From assembly GCA_964276515.1 (NCBI GenBank), contig OZ193909.1, forward strand, positions 6,386,001 through 6,450,000: a stretch of DNA of 64,000 nt. Direction: 5' to 3'. Shown piece after piece: positions 30,811-45,800 of the stretch (position 1 is its first letter; every line of letters begins with the position of its first letter). The notes under the pieces are model-generated. The model had not been told where the DNA came from and ran no database searches. It saw nothing but the letters and a program-made list of their open reading frames with translations. Source of the DNA: Gordius albopunctatus. Lineage: Eukaryota. Position numbers and translations under genes: made by a program.

Positions 30811-33800
30811 TCAATTAAAAGTTGGAAACAATGATTTTTGTTCCCGGGTGATCCATTTGAGAGTCAAATCGTACAAACTTTGAATTTGTTCGTCAGAAGT
30901 TGAGGGATCAAATGTGGCATACATCTCGTATGTTGGATGGAGCTAAAAACAATAAGAAAATTTATTACAAATGTCTAACGGCAATCTACGTAAAATTTAT
31001 TAAAGCTTCTTTCCACTTCGAAATACCGCACATCTTTTAACAAATTAAATCGGGATAATTAAAATTTTCTAAACCAAGACACATTTGATTCAGGATTGTA
31101 ATTAAATTTTAATTTGAGGTTATGAGATTCAGAGTGCAGGAAAGACTTATATCGCGTTTTACTGGAAAAAATTTAGCACTCTAGCCGATGGTTTCCCTGA
31201 GTTTAAACTAAAATTCGAATGATCAACAGGTATATCGCAAATTTCATTGGAAAAAACTCAAAAAATTCCTCGGAAAATCTCATGTAAAATTGAGTAAACT
31301 TTTGTAATCGTCAATTAACATTACCCAAACAATGTATATAGCATCGGGTTTGGTGACGCGAAAATAGGATATGCCGTCCCCCATGCAAGAGTGGTCATTT
31401 TGCCCAGCAGGCTGATAGTAGTTGCTGCTCCTAACTCGAAAGTGGAGATCGACGTAAGCGCAAAAAATATGACGCCGTTGAGTAGCGCTGAGAACGGAGT
31501 ATTTTGAATCGTGCCCCGGTTCGTTCTGAAGCAAAAAAATGAAATGCCTAATAATGAATATTTAAAGAAATAATTATTCCCCGGTTGCGTTATAAAAATA
31601 GTGTGTTGTTTTTAACGCTAAAATTTTATATAATATTATCGGTGAATGATGCTTATAATTATGGATTTCCTTAAATTGCCGAAATTTAAAAATTTTTTCA
31701 TAAGAGGCCACTTAATAGTTTGGTAGAGAAGACAAATATCAAATTTAAAGCGAAACGTATGTTTGGTCGATATAGATTGCCTCAATATCGAATTTTGCAT
31801 CGCGAATATTATGTCAAACCTGGAGCCCTACACGGGCCGCCCGAAGCCCAACCTGGCCCGATCAGGTTTCAGGTGGGCAGAATTTAATTAAATATTCGAG
31901 CCATAGGCTTTCGGGATCTAAGAGGTGGCCCAACCCGAGCTTCGAACCAAGACCCTAATTGAACTAAAGCAAACTAATTTTTTGATAATTAAATAAACTC
32001 AACTCGATATTTAACAAATATCTTCGCAAAACGTACATAATATAGCTCCCAATATTCAGCTTTTTCCCCTGTTTATTATAATATACCCTGAATTGCAAAT
32101 CTTATTCTAGTATTTAATTATATTCATAGTTTCTGTTAGAACTTTAGAAATAAAATATGCAAATATTTCAGAAAGTTTTTTAATCGAAACTGCTAAGTAA
32201 AATATATTTTATAAAGTTAAATATTTAGTTTTAAATTATTAGCTGCAGTGTCATTAAATAATCTATTGTACTTTTTAAATCGTTAAGCGGCTGCCAAAAA
32301 ATCTCGAGCCACCTTAGCTTAACTAGTTTAATTATTCAAACTGATTGACCACCAATTTATAATTACAGCATCATGCAGGATGAGTATCTGTGAAATTTAA
32401 ATATGCATTAGTAGTATTTACTATTCCATCAGAACTCATTCTAAGCCTAACCGTTGTAATATTCAATAATGCTATGGATACAAATATGTGATAAATATAT
32501 TATAAAATTATTCACATAAGCTAAGGATCAACCATGCTTGGGTAAATGATTGCCAAATTTTAAATTTTTTGCAATAATATATAATATTTATTACACTTAT
32601 AAATTTTTTAAATATCATATATATTCCATACATATTGATCTACACTTAATACCTTAAATTTAAATCATGCTAATTAAAATACTCAATAATTTAATAAAAT
32701 CTAACGATCAATAAAAAGCCGAGATCTCGTATCGTCTCGACATCAAAATTCTCGTCTCGATCTCAACTCCAATACCGAGACGAGACCGAGATTTTTATCG
32801 GGTTTTCCCCATCACTAGTCTCAATAAACTAATTAGACTTGCTTTTTTACCCTGTATCATCGGTGAAATTTAAAAACTTTAGGATTCGTTTTTCCACCTC
32901 AATCTAAACGCTAATAAATGAGCAATTTAATTAGTATCAAATTGATTTTTAAATTTATTATCAGGATCTATTTGGTCAAAACGAAACCTGTCGTGATTAT
33001 CATTAAGACATGTTTTTAGCTATTTATCTATATGATTAGGGCAAGGATGGCAGTAGCCAAGTAAAAAAAGGTAAAATGCTCTCACCCCTTATAGAAAATA
33101 AGCATTTTTCGATAAATTCATTGCTGAATTTCAAAACAAAATTCATTCTGCCTCACTCTAAATTATGATATTTTTACTTTCAATCTCATTTCTTACACTT
33201 ATGATAAAAATTTTTTATCGGATTTAGAATCACCGCAAAATAGTAGTACGGGTTATAAACATAACCGGTCTTTTTAACACGATTCACTAGAGTTGTTAAA
33301 TTCCTCGCGTGAGGAATGCTCACTATGTGCTTTGCTCTAGCAGGCACACTGAGTTGTTTACTAGCGCGTTAGCAAAATCTGTGCTCGCTGTTCGGTACTA
33401 GGCAGAGCAGTAGCATATAAAAATGCTCAAGCGGCGAGTTGAAACAGCAAAGTCTGTTCAAGTATTGAGCAGATTGCCGGGGCAGAAACTCGATCGGATA
33501 GCAGATTTAATAGAAGCAATTGCTACAAGATAGTAACTTCAAATATTTGCTCATATTATATATCATAAATAAATTAAGAACTTTGCCCCCCCCCCTTTTT
33601 TTACCCTCTTCCTAACCGGGTCCAAGTTACACTCATGGAGTTGACATATTTGGACAAAAAATCGCTTTAATTGAATCTTAATTAGATATTAGAACAATGT
33701 CAAATGAATTAATAAATTTAGACTTTACCGAAAAGACGGGTGCCGTTACAAAGCGCCCGGGCTTCTTGAGATACACGAAATGGCGAAGCTTAGAACGTCC

Positions 33801-36800
33801 AGGTGGGGGAAAAAGGTCCAAATCTTCCACGTAGTATACGTGTTTTCCATTTTCCAACCACTCGTCCAATATGGATACGTAATGACCTTCCATCAATTCC
33901 TAATTTTTTGCATTTTTTAAATTAGAAAATTAGCAATGATTTTTGACTACACATTTTTAATACAAAAAAGTAAAAAAACATAATAAAATGCCTTGAATGA
34001 TCCATTTTTTAAATACAATGTTTAATAGTTAAGTGAGAACGATTTTTCAGGCAAATGACCTAAAACTTTATCTCGTTAAAAGTATTTGAAATAAAGATTG
34101 AAATGTTAATTTGGCTTTTGTCATTAATTTAAGCTCTTATATCTATATATATAAAGTAAAATCTATGAATGTATGTGTGTATGTATGTAAGAACTAAATT
34201 CTGAAACTACCGGCCCGATTCGCGCGAAAATTTAGCCGTAGATGCCCAGGGATGTCAGGGGTAAAATAGCTTTTTCAGAATCCTAAAATTCCTTTTAGTT
34301 TTAAAAATATCGGACATTTAGTTTTAAAAAAGGGCTAAATTATGAAACTACCGGCCCGATTCGCGCGAAAATTTAGCCGTAGATGCCCAGGGATGTCAGG
34401 GGTAAAATAGCTTTTCAGATTCCTAAAATACCTTTTCCTTTTAAAAATATCGGACATTTAGTTTTTAAAAAGGGCTAAATTATGAAACTACCGGCCCGAT
34501 TCGCGCGAAAATTTAGCCGTAGATGCCCAGGGATGTCAGGGGTAAAATAGCTTTTTCAGAATCCTAAAATTCCTTTTAGTTTTAAAAATATCGGACATTT
34601 AGTTTTTAAAAAGGGCTAAATTATGAAACTACCGGCCCGATTCGCGCGAAAATTTAGCCGTAGATGCCCAGGGATGTCAGGGGTAAAATAGCTTTTCAGA
34701 TTCCTAAAATACCTTTTCCTTTTAAAAATATCGGACATTTAGTTTTTAAAAAGGGCTAAATTATGAAACTACCGGCCCGATTCGCGCGAAAATTTAGCCG
34801 TAGATGCCCAGGGATGTCAGGGGTAAAATAGCTTTTCAGATTCCTAAAATACCTTTTCCTTTTAAAAATATCGGACATTTAGTTTTTAAAAAGGGCTAAA
34901 TTATGAAACTACCGGCCCGATTCGCGCGAAAATTTAGCCGTAGATGCCCAGGGATGTCAGGGGTAAAATAGCTTTTCAGATTCCTAAAATACCTTTTCCT
35001 TTTAAAAATATCGGACATTTAGTTTTTAAAAAGGGCTAAATTATGAAACTACCGGCCCGATTCGCGCGAAAATTTAGCCGTAGATGCCCAGGGATGTCAG
35101 GGGTAAAATAGCTTTTCAGATTCCTAAAATACCTTTTCCTTTTAAAAATATCGGACATTTAGTTTTTAAAAAGGGCTAAATTATGAAACTACCGGCCCGA
35201 TTCGCGCGAAAATTTAGCCGTAGATGCCCAGGGATGTCAGGGGTAAAATAGCTTTTTCAGAATCCTAAAATTCCTTTTAGTTTTAAAAATATCGGACATT
35301 TAGTTTTAAAAAAGGGCTAAATTATGAAACTACCGGCCCGATTCGCGCGAAAATTTAGCCGTAGATGCCCAGGGATGTCAGGGGTAAAATAGCTTTTCAG
35401 ATTCCTAAAATACCTTTTCCTTTTAAAAATATCGGACATTTAGTTTTTAAAAAGGGCTAAATTATGAAACTACCGGCCCGATTCGCGCGAAAATTTAGCC
35501 GTAGATGCCCAGGGATGTCAGGGGTAAAATAGCTTTTTCAGAATCCTAAAATTCCTTTTAGTTTTAAAAATATCGGACATTTAGTTTTAAAAAAGGGCTA
35601 AATTATGAAACTACCGGCCCGATTCGCGCGAAAATTTAGCCGTAGATGCCCAGGGATGTCAGGGGTAAAATAGCTTTTCAGATTCCTAAAATACCTTTTC
35701 CTTTTAAAAATATCGGACATTTAGTTTTTAAAAAGGGCTAAATTATGAAACTACCGGCCCGATTCGCGCGAAAATTTAGCCGTAGATGCCCAGGGATGTC
35801 AGGGGTAAAATAGCTTTTCAGATTCCTAAAATACCTTTTCCTTTTAAAAATATCGGACATTTAGTTTTTAAAAAGGGCTAAATTATGAAACTACCGGCCC
35901 GATTCGCGCGAAAATTTAGCCGTAGATGCCCAGGGATGTCAGGGGTAAAATAGCTTTTCAGATTCCTAAAATACCTTTTCCTTTTAAAAATATCGGACAT
36001 TTAGTTTTAAAAAAGGGCTAAATTCTGAAACTACCGGCCCGATTCGCGCGAAAATTTAGCCGTAGATGCCCAGGGATGTCAGGGGTAAAATAGCTTTTCA
36101 GATTCCTAAAATACCTTTTCCTTTTAAAAATATCGGACATTTAGTTTTTAAAAAGGGCTAAATTATGAAACTACCGGCCCGATTCGCGCGAAAATTTAGC
36201 CGTAGATGCCCAGGGATGTCAGGGGTAAAATAGCTTTTCAGATTCCTAAAATACCTTTTCCTTTTAAAAATATCGGACATTTAGTTTTTAAAAAGGGCTA
36301 AATTATGAAACTACCGGCCCGATTCGCGCGAAAATTTAGCCGTAGATGCCCAGGGATGTCAGGGGTAAAATAGCTTTTCAGATTCCTAAAATACCTTTTC
36401 CTTTTAAAAATATCGGACATTTAGTTTTTAAAAAGGGCTAAATTATGAAACTACCGGCCCGATTCGCGCGAAAATTTAGCCGTAGATGCCCAGGGATGTC
36501 AGGGGTAAAATAGCTTTTCAGATTCCTAAAATACCTTTTCCTTTTAAAAATATCGGACATTTAGTTTTTAAAAAGGGCTAAATTATGAAACTACCGGCCC
36601 GATTCGCGCGAAAATTTAGCCGTAGATGCCCAGGGATGTCAGGGGTAAAATAGCTTTTCAGATTCCTAAAATTCCTTTTAGTTTTAAAAATATCGGACAT
36701 TTAGTTTTTAAAAAGGGCTAAATTATGAAACTACCGGCCCGATTCGCGCGAAAATTTAGCCGTAGATGCCCAGGGATGTCAGGGGTAAAATAGCTTTTCA

Positions 36801-39800
36801 GATTCCTAAAATACCTTTTCCTTTTAAAAATATCGGACATTTAGTTTTTAAAAAGGGCTAAATTATGAAACTACCGGCCCGATTCGCGCGAAAATTTAGC
36901 CGTAGATGCCCAGGGATGTCAGGGGTAAAATAGCTTTTCAGATTCCTAAAATACCTTTTCCTTTTAAAAATATCGGACATTTAGTTTTTAAAAAGGGCTA
37001 AATTATGAAACTACCGGCCCGATTCGCGCGAAAATTTAGCCGTAGATGCCCAGGGATGTCAGGGGTAAAATAGCTTTTCAGATTCCTAAAATACCTTTTC
37101 CTTTTAAAAATATCGGACATTTAGTTTTTAAAAAGGGCTAAATTATGAAACTACCGGCCCGATTCGCGCGAAAATTTAGCCGTAGATGCCCAGGGATGTC
37201 AGGGGTAAAATAGCTTTTCAGATTCCTAAAATACCTTTTCCTTTTAAAAATATCGGACATTTAGTTTTTAAAAAGGGCTAAATTATGAAACTACCGGCCC
37301 GATTCGCGCGAAAATTTAGCCGTAGATGCCCAGGGATGTCAGGGGTAAAATAGCTTTTCAGATTCCTAAAATACCTTTTCCTTTTAAAAATATCGGACAT
37401 TTAGTTTTTAAAAAGGGCTAAATTATGAAACTACCGGCCCGATTCGCGCGAAAATTTAGCCGTAGATGCCCAGGGATGTCAGGGGTAAAATAGCTTTTCA
37501 GATTCCTAAAATTCCTTTTAGTTTTAAAAATATCGGACATTTAGTTTTTAAAAAGGGCTAAATTATGAAACTACCGGCCCGATTCGCGCGAAAATTTAGC
37601 CGTAGATGCCCAGGGATGTCAGGGGTAAAATAGCTTTTCAGATTCCTAAAATACCTTTTCCTTTTAAAAATATCGGACATTTAGTTTTTAAAAAGGGCTA
37701 AATTATGAAACTACCGGCCCGATTCGCGCGAAAATTTAGCCGTAGATGCCCAGGGATGTCAGGGGTAAAATAGCTTTTCAGATTCCTAAAATTCCTTTTA
37801 GTTTTAAAAATATCGGACATTTAGTTTTTAAAAAGGGCTAAATTATGAAACTACCGGCCCGATTCGCGCGAAAATTTAGCCGTAGATGCCCAGGGATGTC
37901 AGGGGTAAAATAGCTTTTCAGATTCCTAAAATACCTTTTCCTTTTAAAAATATCGGACATTTAGTTTTTAAAAAGGGCTAAATTATGAAACTACCGGCCC
38001 GATTCGCGCGAAAATTTAGCCGTAGATGCCCAGGGATGTCAGGGGTAAAATAGCTTTTCAGATTCCTAAAATACCTTTTCCTTTTAAAAATATCGGACAT
38101 TTAGTTTTTAAAAAGGGCTAAATTATGAAACTACCGGCCCGATTCGCGCGAAAATTTAGCCGTAGATGCCCAGGGATGTCAGGGGTAAAATAGCTTTTCA
38201 GATTCCTAAAATACCTTTTCCTTTTAAAAATATCGGACATTTAGTTTTTAAAAAGGGCTAAATTCTGAAACTACCGGCCCGATTCGCGCGAAAATTTAGC
38301 CGTAGATGCCCAGGGATGTCAGGGGTAAAATAGCTTTTCAGATTCCTAAAATACCTTTTCCTTTTAAAAATATCGGACATTTAGTTTTTAAAAAGGGCTA
38401 AATTATGAAACTACCGGCCCGATTCGCGCGAAAATTTAGCCGTAGATGCCCAGGGATGTCAGGGGTAAAATAGCTTTTCAGATTCCTAAAATACCTTTTC
38501 CTTTTAAAAATATCGGACATTTAGTTTTTAAAAAGGGCTAAATTATGAAACTACCGGCCCGATTCGCGCGAAAATTTAGCCGTAGATGCCCAGGGATGTC
38601 AGGGGTAAAATAGCTTTTCAGATTCCTAAAATTCCTTTTAGTTTTAAAAATATCGGACATTTAGTTTTTAAAAAGGGCTAAATTATGAAACTACCGGCCC
38701 GATTCGCGCGAAAATTTAGCCGTAGATGCCCAGGGATGTCAGGGGTAAAATAGCTTTTCAGATTCCTAAAATACCTTTTCCTTTTAAAAATATCGGACAT
38801 TTAGTTTTTAAAAAGGGCTAAATTATGAAACTACCGGCCCGATTCGCGCGAAAATTTAGCCGTAGATGCCCAGGGATGTCAGGGGTAAAATAGCTTTTCA
38901 GATTCCTAAAATTCCTTTTAGTTTTAAAAATATCGGACATTTAGTTTTTAAAAAGGGCTAAATTATGAAACTACCGGCCCGATTCGCGCGAAAATTTAGC
39001 CGTAGATGCCCAGGGATGTCAGGGGTAAAATAGCTTTTCAGATTCCTAAAATACCTTTTCCTTTTAAAAATATCGGACATTTAGTTTTTAAAAAGGGCTA
39101 AATTATGAAACTACCGGCCCGATTCGCGCGAAAATTTAGCCGTAGATGCCCAGGGATGTCAGGGGTAAAATAGCTTTTCAGATTCCTAAAATACCTTTTC
39201 CTTTTAAAAATATCGGACATTTAGTTTTTAAAAAGGGCTAAATTATGAAACTACCGGCCCGATTCGCGCGAAAATTTAGCCGTAGATGCCCAGGGATGTC
39301 AGGGGTAAAATAGCTTTTCAGATTCCTAAAATACCTTTTCCTTTTAAAAATATCGGACATTTAGTTTTTAAAAAGGGCTAAATTCTGAAACTACCGGCCC
39401 GATTCGCGCGAAAATTTAGCCGTAGATGCCCAGGGATGTCAGGGGTAAAATAGCTTTTCAGATTCCTAAAATACCTTTTCCTTTTAAAAATATCGGACAT
39501 TTAGTTTTTAAAAAGGGCTAAATTATGAAACTACCGGCCCGATTCGCGCGAAAATTTAGCCGTAGATGCCCAGGGATGTCAGGGGTAAAATAGCTTTTCA
39601 GATTCCTAAAATACCTTTTCCTTTTAAAAATATCGGACATTTAGTTTTTAAAAAGGGCTAAATTCTGAAACTACCGGCCCGATTCGCGCGAAAATTTAGC
39701 CGTAGATGCCCAGGGATGTCAGGGGTAAAATAGCTTTTCAGATTCCTAAAATACCTTTTCCTTTTAAAAATATCGGACATTTAGTTTTTAAAAAGGGCTA

Positions 39801-42800
39801 AATTATGAAACTACCGGCCCGATTCGCGCGAAAATTTAGCCGTAGATGCCCAGGGATGTCAGGGGTAAAATAGCTTTTCAGATTCCTAAAATACCTTTTC
39901 CTTTTAAAAATATCGGACATTTAGTTTTTAAAAAGGGCTAAATTATGAAACTACCGGCCCGATTCGCGCGAAAATTTAGCCGTAGATGCCCAGGGATGTC
40001 AGGGGTAAAATAGCTTTTCAGATTCCTAAAATACCTTTTCCTTTTAAAAATATCGGACATTTAGTTTTTAAAAAGGGCTAAATTCTGAAACTACCGGCCC
40101 GATTCGCGCGAAAATTTAGCCGTAGATGCCCAGGGATGTCAGGGGTAAAATAGCTTTTCAGATTCCTAAAATACCTTTTCCTTTTAAAAATATCGGACAT
40201 TTAGTTTTTAAAAAGGGCTAAATTATGAAACTACCGGCCCGATTCGCGCGAAAATTTAGCCGTAGATGCCCAGGGATGTCAGGGGTAAAATAGCTTTTCA
40301 GATTCCTAAAATACCTTTTCCTTTTAAAAATATCGGACATTTAGTTTTTAAAAAGGGCTAAATTCTGAAACTACCGGCCCGATTCGCGCGAAAATTTAGC
40401 CGTAGATGCCCAGGGATGTCAGGGGTAAAATAGCTTTTCAGATTCCTAAAATACCTTTTCCTTTTAAAAATATCGGACATTTAGTTTTTAAAAAGGGCTA
40501 AATTATGAAACTACCGGCCCGATTCGCGCGAAAATTTAGCCGTAGATGCCCAGGGATGTCAGGGGTAAAATAGCTTTTCAGATTCCTAAAATACCTTTTC
40601 CTTTTAAAAATATCGGACATTTAGTTTTTAAAAAGGGCTAAATTATGAAACTACCGGCCCGATTCGCGCGAAAATTTAGCCGTAGATGCCCAGGGATGTC
40701 AGGGGTAAAATAGCTTTTCAGATTCCTAAAATACCTTTTCCTTTTAAAAATATCGGACATTTAGTTTTTAAAAAGGGCTAAATTCTGAAACTACCGGCCC
40801 GATTCGCGCGAAAATTTAGCCGTAGATGCCCAGGGATGTCAGGGGTAAAATAGCTTTTCAGATTCCTAAAATACCTTTTCCTTTTAAAAATATCGGACAT
40901 TTAGTTTTTAAAAAGGGCTAAATTATGAAACTACCGGCCCGATTCGCGCGAAAATTTAGCCGTAGATGCCCAGGGATGTCAGGGGTAAAATAGCTTTTCA
41001 GATTCCTAAAATACCTTTTCCTTTTAAAAATATCGGACATTTAGTTTTTAAAAAGGGCTAAATTCTGAAACTACCGGCCCGATTCGCGCGAAAATTTAGC
41101 CGTAGATGCCCAGGGATGTCAGGGGTAAAATAGCTTTTCAGATTCCTAAAATACCTTTTCCTTTTAAAAATATCGGACATTTAGTTTTTAAAAAGGGCTA
41201 AATTATGAAACTACCGGCCCGATTCGCGCGAAAATTTAGCCGTAGATGCCCAGGGATGTCAGGGGTAAAATAGCTTTTCAGATTCCTAAAATACCTTTTC
41301 CTTTTAAAAATATCGGACATTTAGTTTTTAAAAAGGGCTAAATTATGAAACTACCGGCCCGATTCGCGTGAAAATTTAACCGTAGATGCCCAAGGCGGCA
41401 AGGGGTAAAATAGCTTTTTCAGAATCCTAAAATTCTTTTTAGTTTTAAAAATATCGCACATTTCCCGGCCAGTTTAATTTATAGCATCATATACAATAAT
41501 GACGTCAGGAAAGTTAGAATATAAGTAGAAATATGTATTATTTATTTATAGGATTAACTTAATATTATTAAAAATAAATATTAGACTTATACATTTTATA
41601 TATTGAAATGGGGCACGAATTTTATCACTTCATGGATTTTATGAACCCACTATTTTTAGTGTATATATAATAAGACAAACCAATTTACTTATGATAATTT
41701 GTCTGACTTATTTGATTCCACATCGCCCCCATACGTGTGACATTTGTATTTTTTTATATAATACGTTCTTACAATAAACATTGTTATTACATAACTTATG
41801 AAAGGTGGTGTCCCCAAATAAATTATATTGTCTATCGCCATGTGATAATAATGGCAGCTCATTAATTTTGTTGCCAGTTTTATTAGTTGAGTTTTAAAAA
41901 AAAAATTTGGTAGTTTCTTAATTTTCTTATTTAAATTTTTTACTTTTTTTAAAAATATTTTTAAATTTTTTATAGTATGTACAGATGGCGCTAAAGCTAA
42001 AATTTATCCACCGTAATTCTGTCTTAATTTTTCCATATATAACAAAGTGATGCGAATGATAAAAAAGTATTATTTAAGAGTGGTTAAGAAAATATAACCG
42101 ATAGATCAACGACCCCCCAGGAAACAATAAATAAAAAGTTTTCTCTCCCCTGCATTCCCCGTAAAACTCTTTACCTGCAATTAGTTATTTACGTTTACTT
42201 TCCATCCATTGTAAAAATAAGACTTCAATTTAGATAAAACTTCTGCAAAAAATATCCCCACACACTTATATAGTAAGTTAGTTAATTTGTCAGACATAAT
42301 GTATATGGCAAAACAACGTTTGCCGGGCTTATCTAGTTCATTAATAATAATAACTAGCGAAATTGAAAAGATTGTGCAAACTTACTTTTGGTATATTAAA
42401 TATAAACCATATAAATAAATGTTATCAATATTTTTTATATTACAATTGAAAAACATAGATATGTATAAAAAGCAAAGTGTAATATGAAATTTTAATAATT
42501 AATTCTTAGGAAATTTGAATTAATTATATACCTTCTACACAAATCGTAATTGAGAAGAATTATTAGGTACCTATATTAATAGTCGAAGGTTTAAAAAACT
42601 TATTTATAGGCTTTGAATTTGATTCTCTATAAAAATAAAGATAAGCTAGCGACGTACACAAGTAGGAAATACATTCAAAAATACAGCTGGAATAGTATAA
42701 AAAAATATTTAGCTTTAAAATAAACTAATTATAGAAAATATACATTTATAAGATAGAGGTTATTATAAAAATTAAGAAGAGCTACGAAAACAAAAATTTT

Positions 42801-45800
42801 AGAAAAATCTCCAAACCCAATGTGACACATTTGGCTTAAACAGTAAAAAAGAAATCAAGACAAGTTTATTTGTAAATTGCGTCAACATTTTTCTAGCAGT
42901 TTAATTGGAAAAATTCAAGAAATTGGTAAATGTTTTATTTGGAAAAAAAATTTAATATGTTGATAGACATGAGTCTATGAGGTCCTGGCCAGAAAGCAGA
43001 ATATCTTAAAAACCATCAATTGAAAACAAAAGTTAGGAAGGTTGTTATATGGTAAATTTATGGTATTGAATCAGATGTGTGTAAAGTAGAGGCCTGCAAA
43101 ATGGAATTTCTCAAGCCAGAGACCGAAGTCTTCATTTTAAATTTGCCTGAGTCCGGCTCGAAATTTTTGGCCCGACCCGAGCCCACCCGGCCCGATCTTT
43201 AAAGAAAAACTTCTAGACAAAGTATACATTTAAAAATTATTTTACCCTAAGTTGAGGATAATTTTTAAACAAAGTGTTCAATTTTTCTTGCTACAATTAT
43301 TCTACTAATATAATTTTTAACGGCCTAAAGTAAATAAGCCGTTTGAAATATTTAATTTTTTATTTTTAGAGTTCTACCAGTTACTATGAATAAAGAATAT
43401 AATTTGCAATTTTGATCAAAAAGTCAATATCAGGGGCGAGCGGTAGGAGTTTAAAGCTGTAATATGCACGCTGTACGAAATATTTATTTTTTATGAGGGC
43501 TTTTTAAAATCATATGTATGAATGGCTAGTTTGCGTGGGTTTTTTTCGGGCCGTGCACAAAATGGGCCCGAAACTCACTTGGGCCGGACCCGGCTCGGGC
43601 TAGGTAAAACTTCGGACGGCCCCTGCCGGGCTTTATCTCAAAAGGGCCGGCCCAAAAAACCCATGTATGGGTAAATGAAATAGCACAGATTTATTTTTGA
43701 TATTATATCATCTTCAACCAAAACTGATTATATTTAAGATAGTCGTATATATGGGATATAAAGAACTCTAGTATTTTTCATATATACTAGATAACAAATT
43801 ATATAATCAAAGTAGAAATAAAACCATTTTGAATAATGCAAATTTTAGAACTTAATACTAATCGATGATAATAGAATAAATTTAAATTTTAAGTGTGATA
43901 TTTGAATAGTCAGATTAGTAAACAAATTTATTAATATGAAGAAAAATTGGTAAACTCAACCTCGGTAATTTCTTTTTTGGCCTCTGACAATTGAAAGAAG
44001 GCATCTACTTGATCGGTTAAAAACGTGAGGCAATATCGTTTTGAAGGATCCAGGTAGGATATATATGCGTATAAGAAGCCTCTAAAAATGGTATATAAAA
44101 AAATGAAAGGAGAAAAGTTTTAACCCTCTAGCTCAGTTTAAGAAAAGTATTCGACCGATTAAAAGATAATTTTCTTAAAATTTATAGCCATAACGTGTCG
44201 TCAACTAGTGTTTAAGAAGGCCTGAGTTTTGTTTGGTCAACTTTTAATTTTAATCGATTAAACATATAAACATACCAACGGTTTTTTCGTCTGCTTTTCT
44301 CAGTCGACTTCTAGATTTAGTCGAAATTTGAAAAACAGATCGAGTTGACCGTTAGTCTAAGTAAACCAAAGGTCGACCAAACAAAACAAGTCTTTTTACA
44401 ACACTAGTGTCAACCTTTATATTTAAAATGCTACATTCCCGTGCAATTCATAGGTTCCCTATTTATAAATCAAATGATCCCCAAAATTCTGCTTAGTTTT
44501 GGAACGCCTACCAGACCAACTACATTGCATTAAGCATGAAAATACTTATTTTTAACAACCAGAACGAGGATACTCATAATTAAGTATAGCATTCAAGCAA
44601 TCTATAAAAAAAATTTAATAATAGGTTCACTTGAATACTAATTAGTTTTGATTTGGGTACTGTTGAACATCAACAACTAGCCTACAGTGTAAATTTCCTA
44701 ATAATGCCTTAATTGTAAAGGCAATAAATTAGTTAGAAAAATGAATCTCATATTAAAAAAAGATCACTTTTATTATAAGTAGAAAAATGAATGATTAGTC
44801 ATTTGAATGATCACTTTGAGTTAAAGTTAGGAAGGCATATTGGTGTCCAGGTTTCACCAGATTTAAAGGAAGATGAGGTATTGATCATGTTAGCAATGAG
44901 ATGTATATCACCAGGGCTCAGTTTGTATGGATTTTGTTGTATGAGTGACACAACATAATCTTTGTACATGAGTATTGCAAAGGCAGTATTCTATATATAT
45001 TATAAACTCCAAAAAGTTCAATAAATATTGAAAATCTAAATAAATTTCTTGTAAAATATTTATATTATATAAGCATATTTAATCAAAATTAATAAAAATA
45101 ATTAATTTTGAAATTATATTTTGGATCATTATTTCACTTTTCCCAAATTTAGGTTTCTACATATTTAATTTAATAAATGGCTTTAAAAATTGATTGTGCA
45201 ATAGCTGGCATCACATGAAGTTAATGAAATAGATTTTAAGCACATTTAAATTATTTAAGTTCTACACCAACAAATACACCTGACCAATAAAGTATATAAA
45301 TTCCAAAATTATAAATGAATTCTAATTTAAAAAATGTAGATCATTAACTTTTTAATTGCTAATTTATTTTTATACAAAATTTAACATGTTTCTTGCACAA
45401 AAGTTGGAACAATATAAAAATTTATAAAAATATGACATTAAATATACTTTGGAACTTATAGCCTTCCACATTTTATCAGTAATAGAATTTCTATAAGTGG
45501 TCAAGATATTTAAATATTGTACACCATTTAAATTGATGGATAAATTTGTGTCAAGCTTATTCAACCATGAATCTAAAAGTTTCTCTGACCCAGATAGCAT
45601 TTGATTAAAATTAAAATTCATATATTTCTTATAAGTTTTTATAAGCAAACTTTCTGTTGTAACACTAAATATAAAATTTTTTATGTGAATCAACAATGAT
45701 ATTTGTTGATCTGAAGAAATCTTCTCATATTCATAATCATATAATGGGTCAACGATATTGGTAAGATTTTGACATGGATCCTGAACTAAATCACTTGGTT

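Noticed and set aside
34195..41462. CRISPR array or coding repeat
   Set aside because: Units are head-to-tail with no unique spacers, there are no cas genes, the context is eukaryotic, and the 140-bp unit gives no ORF in the track.
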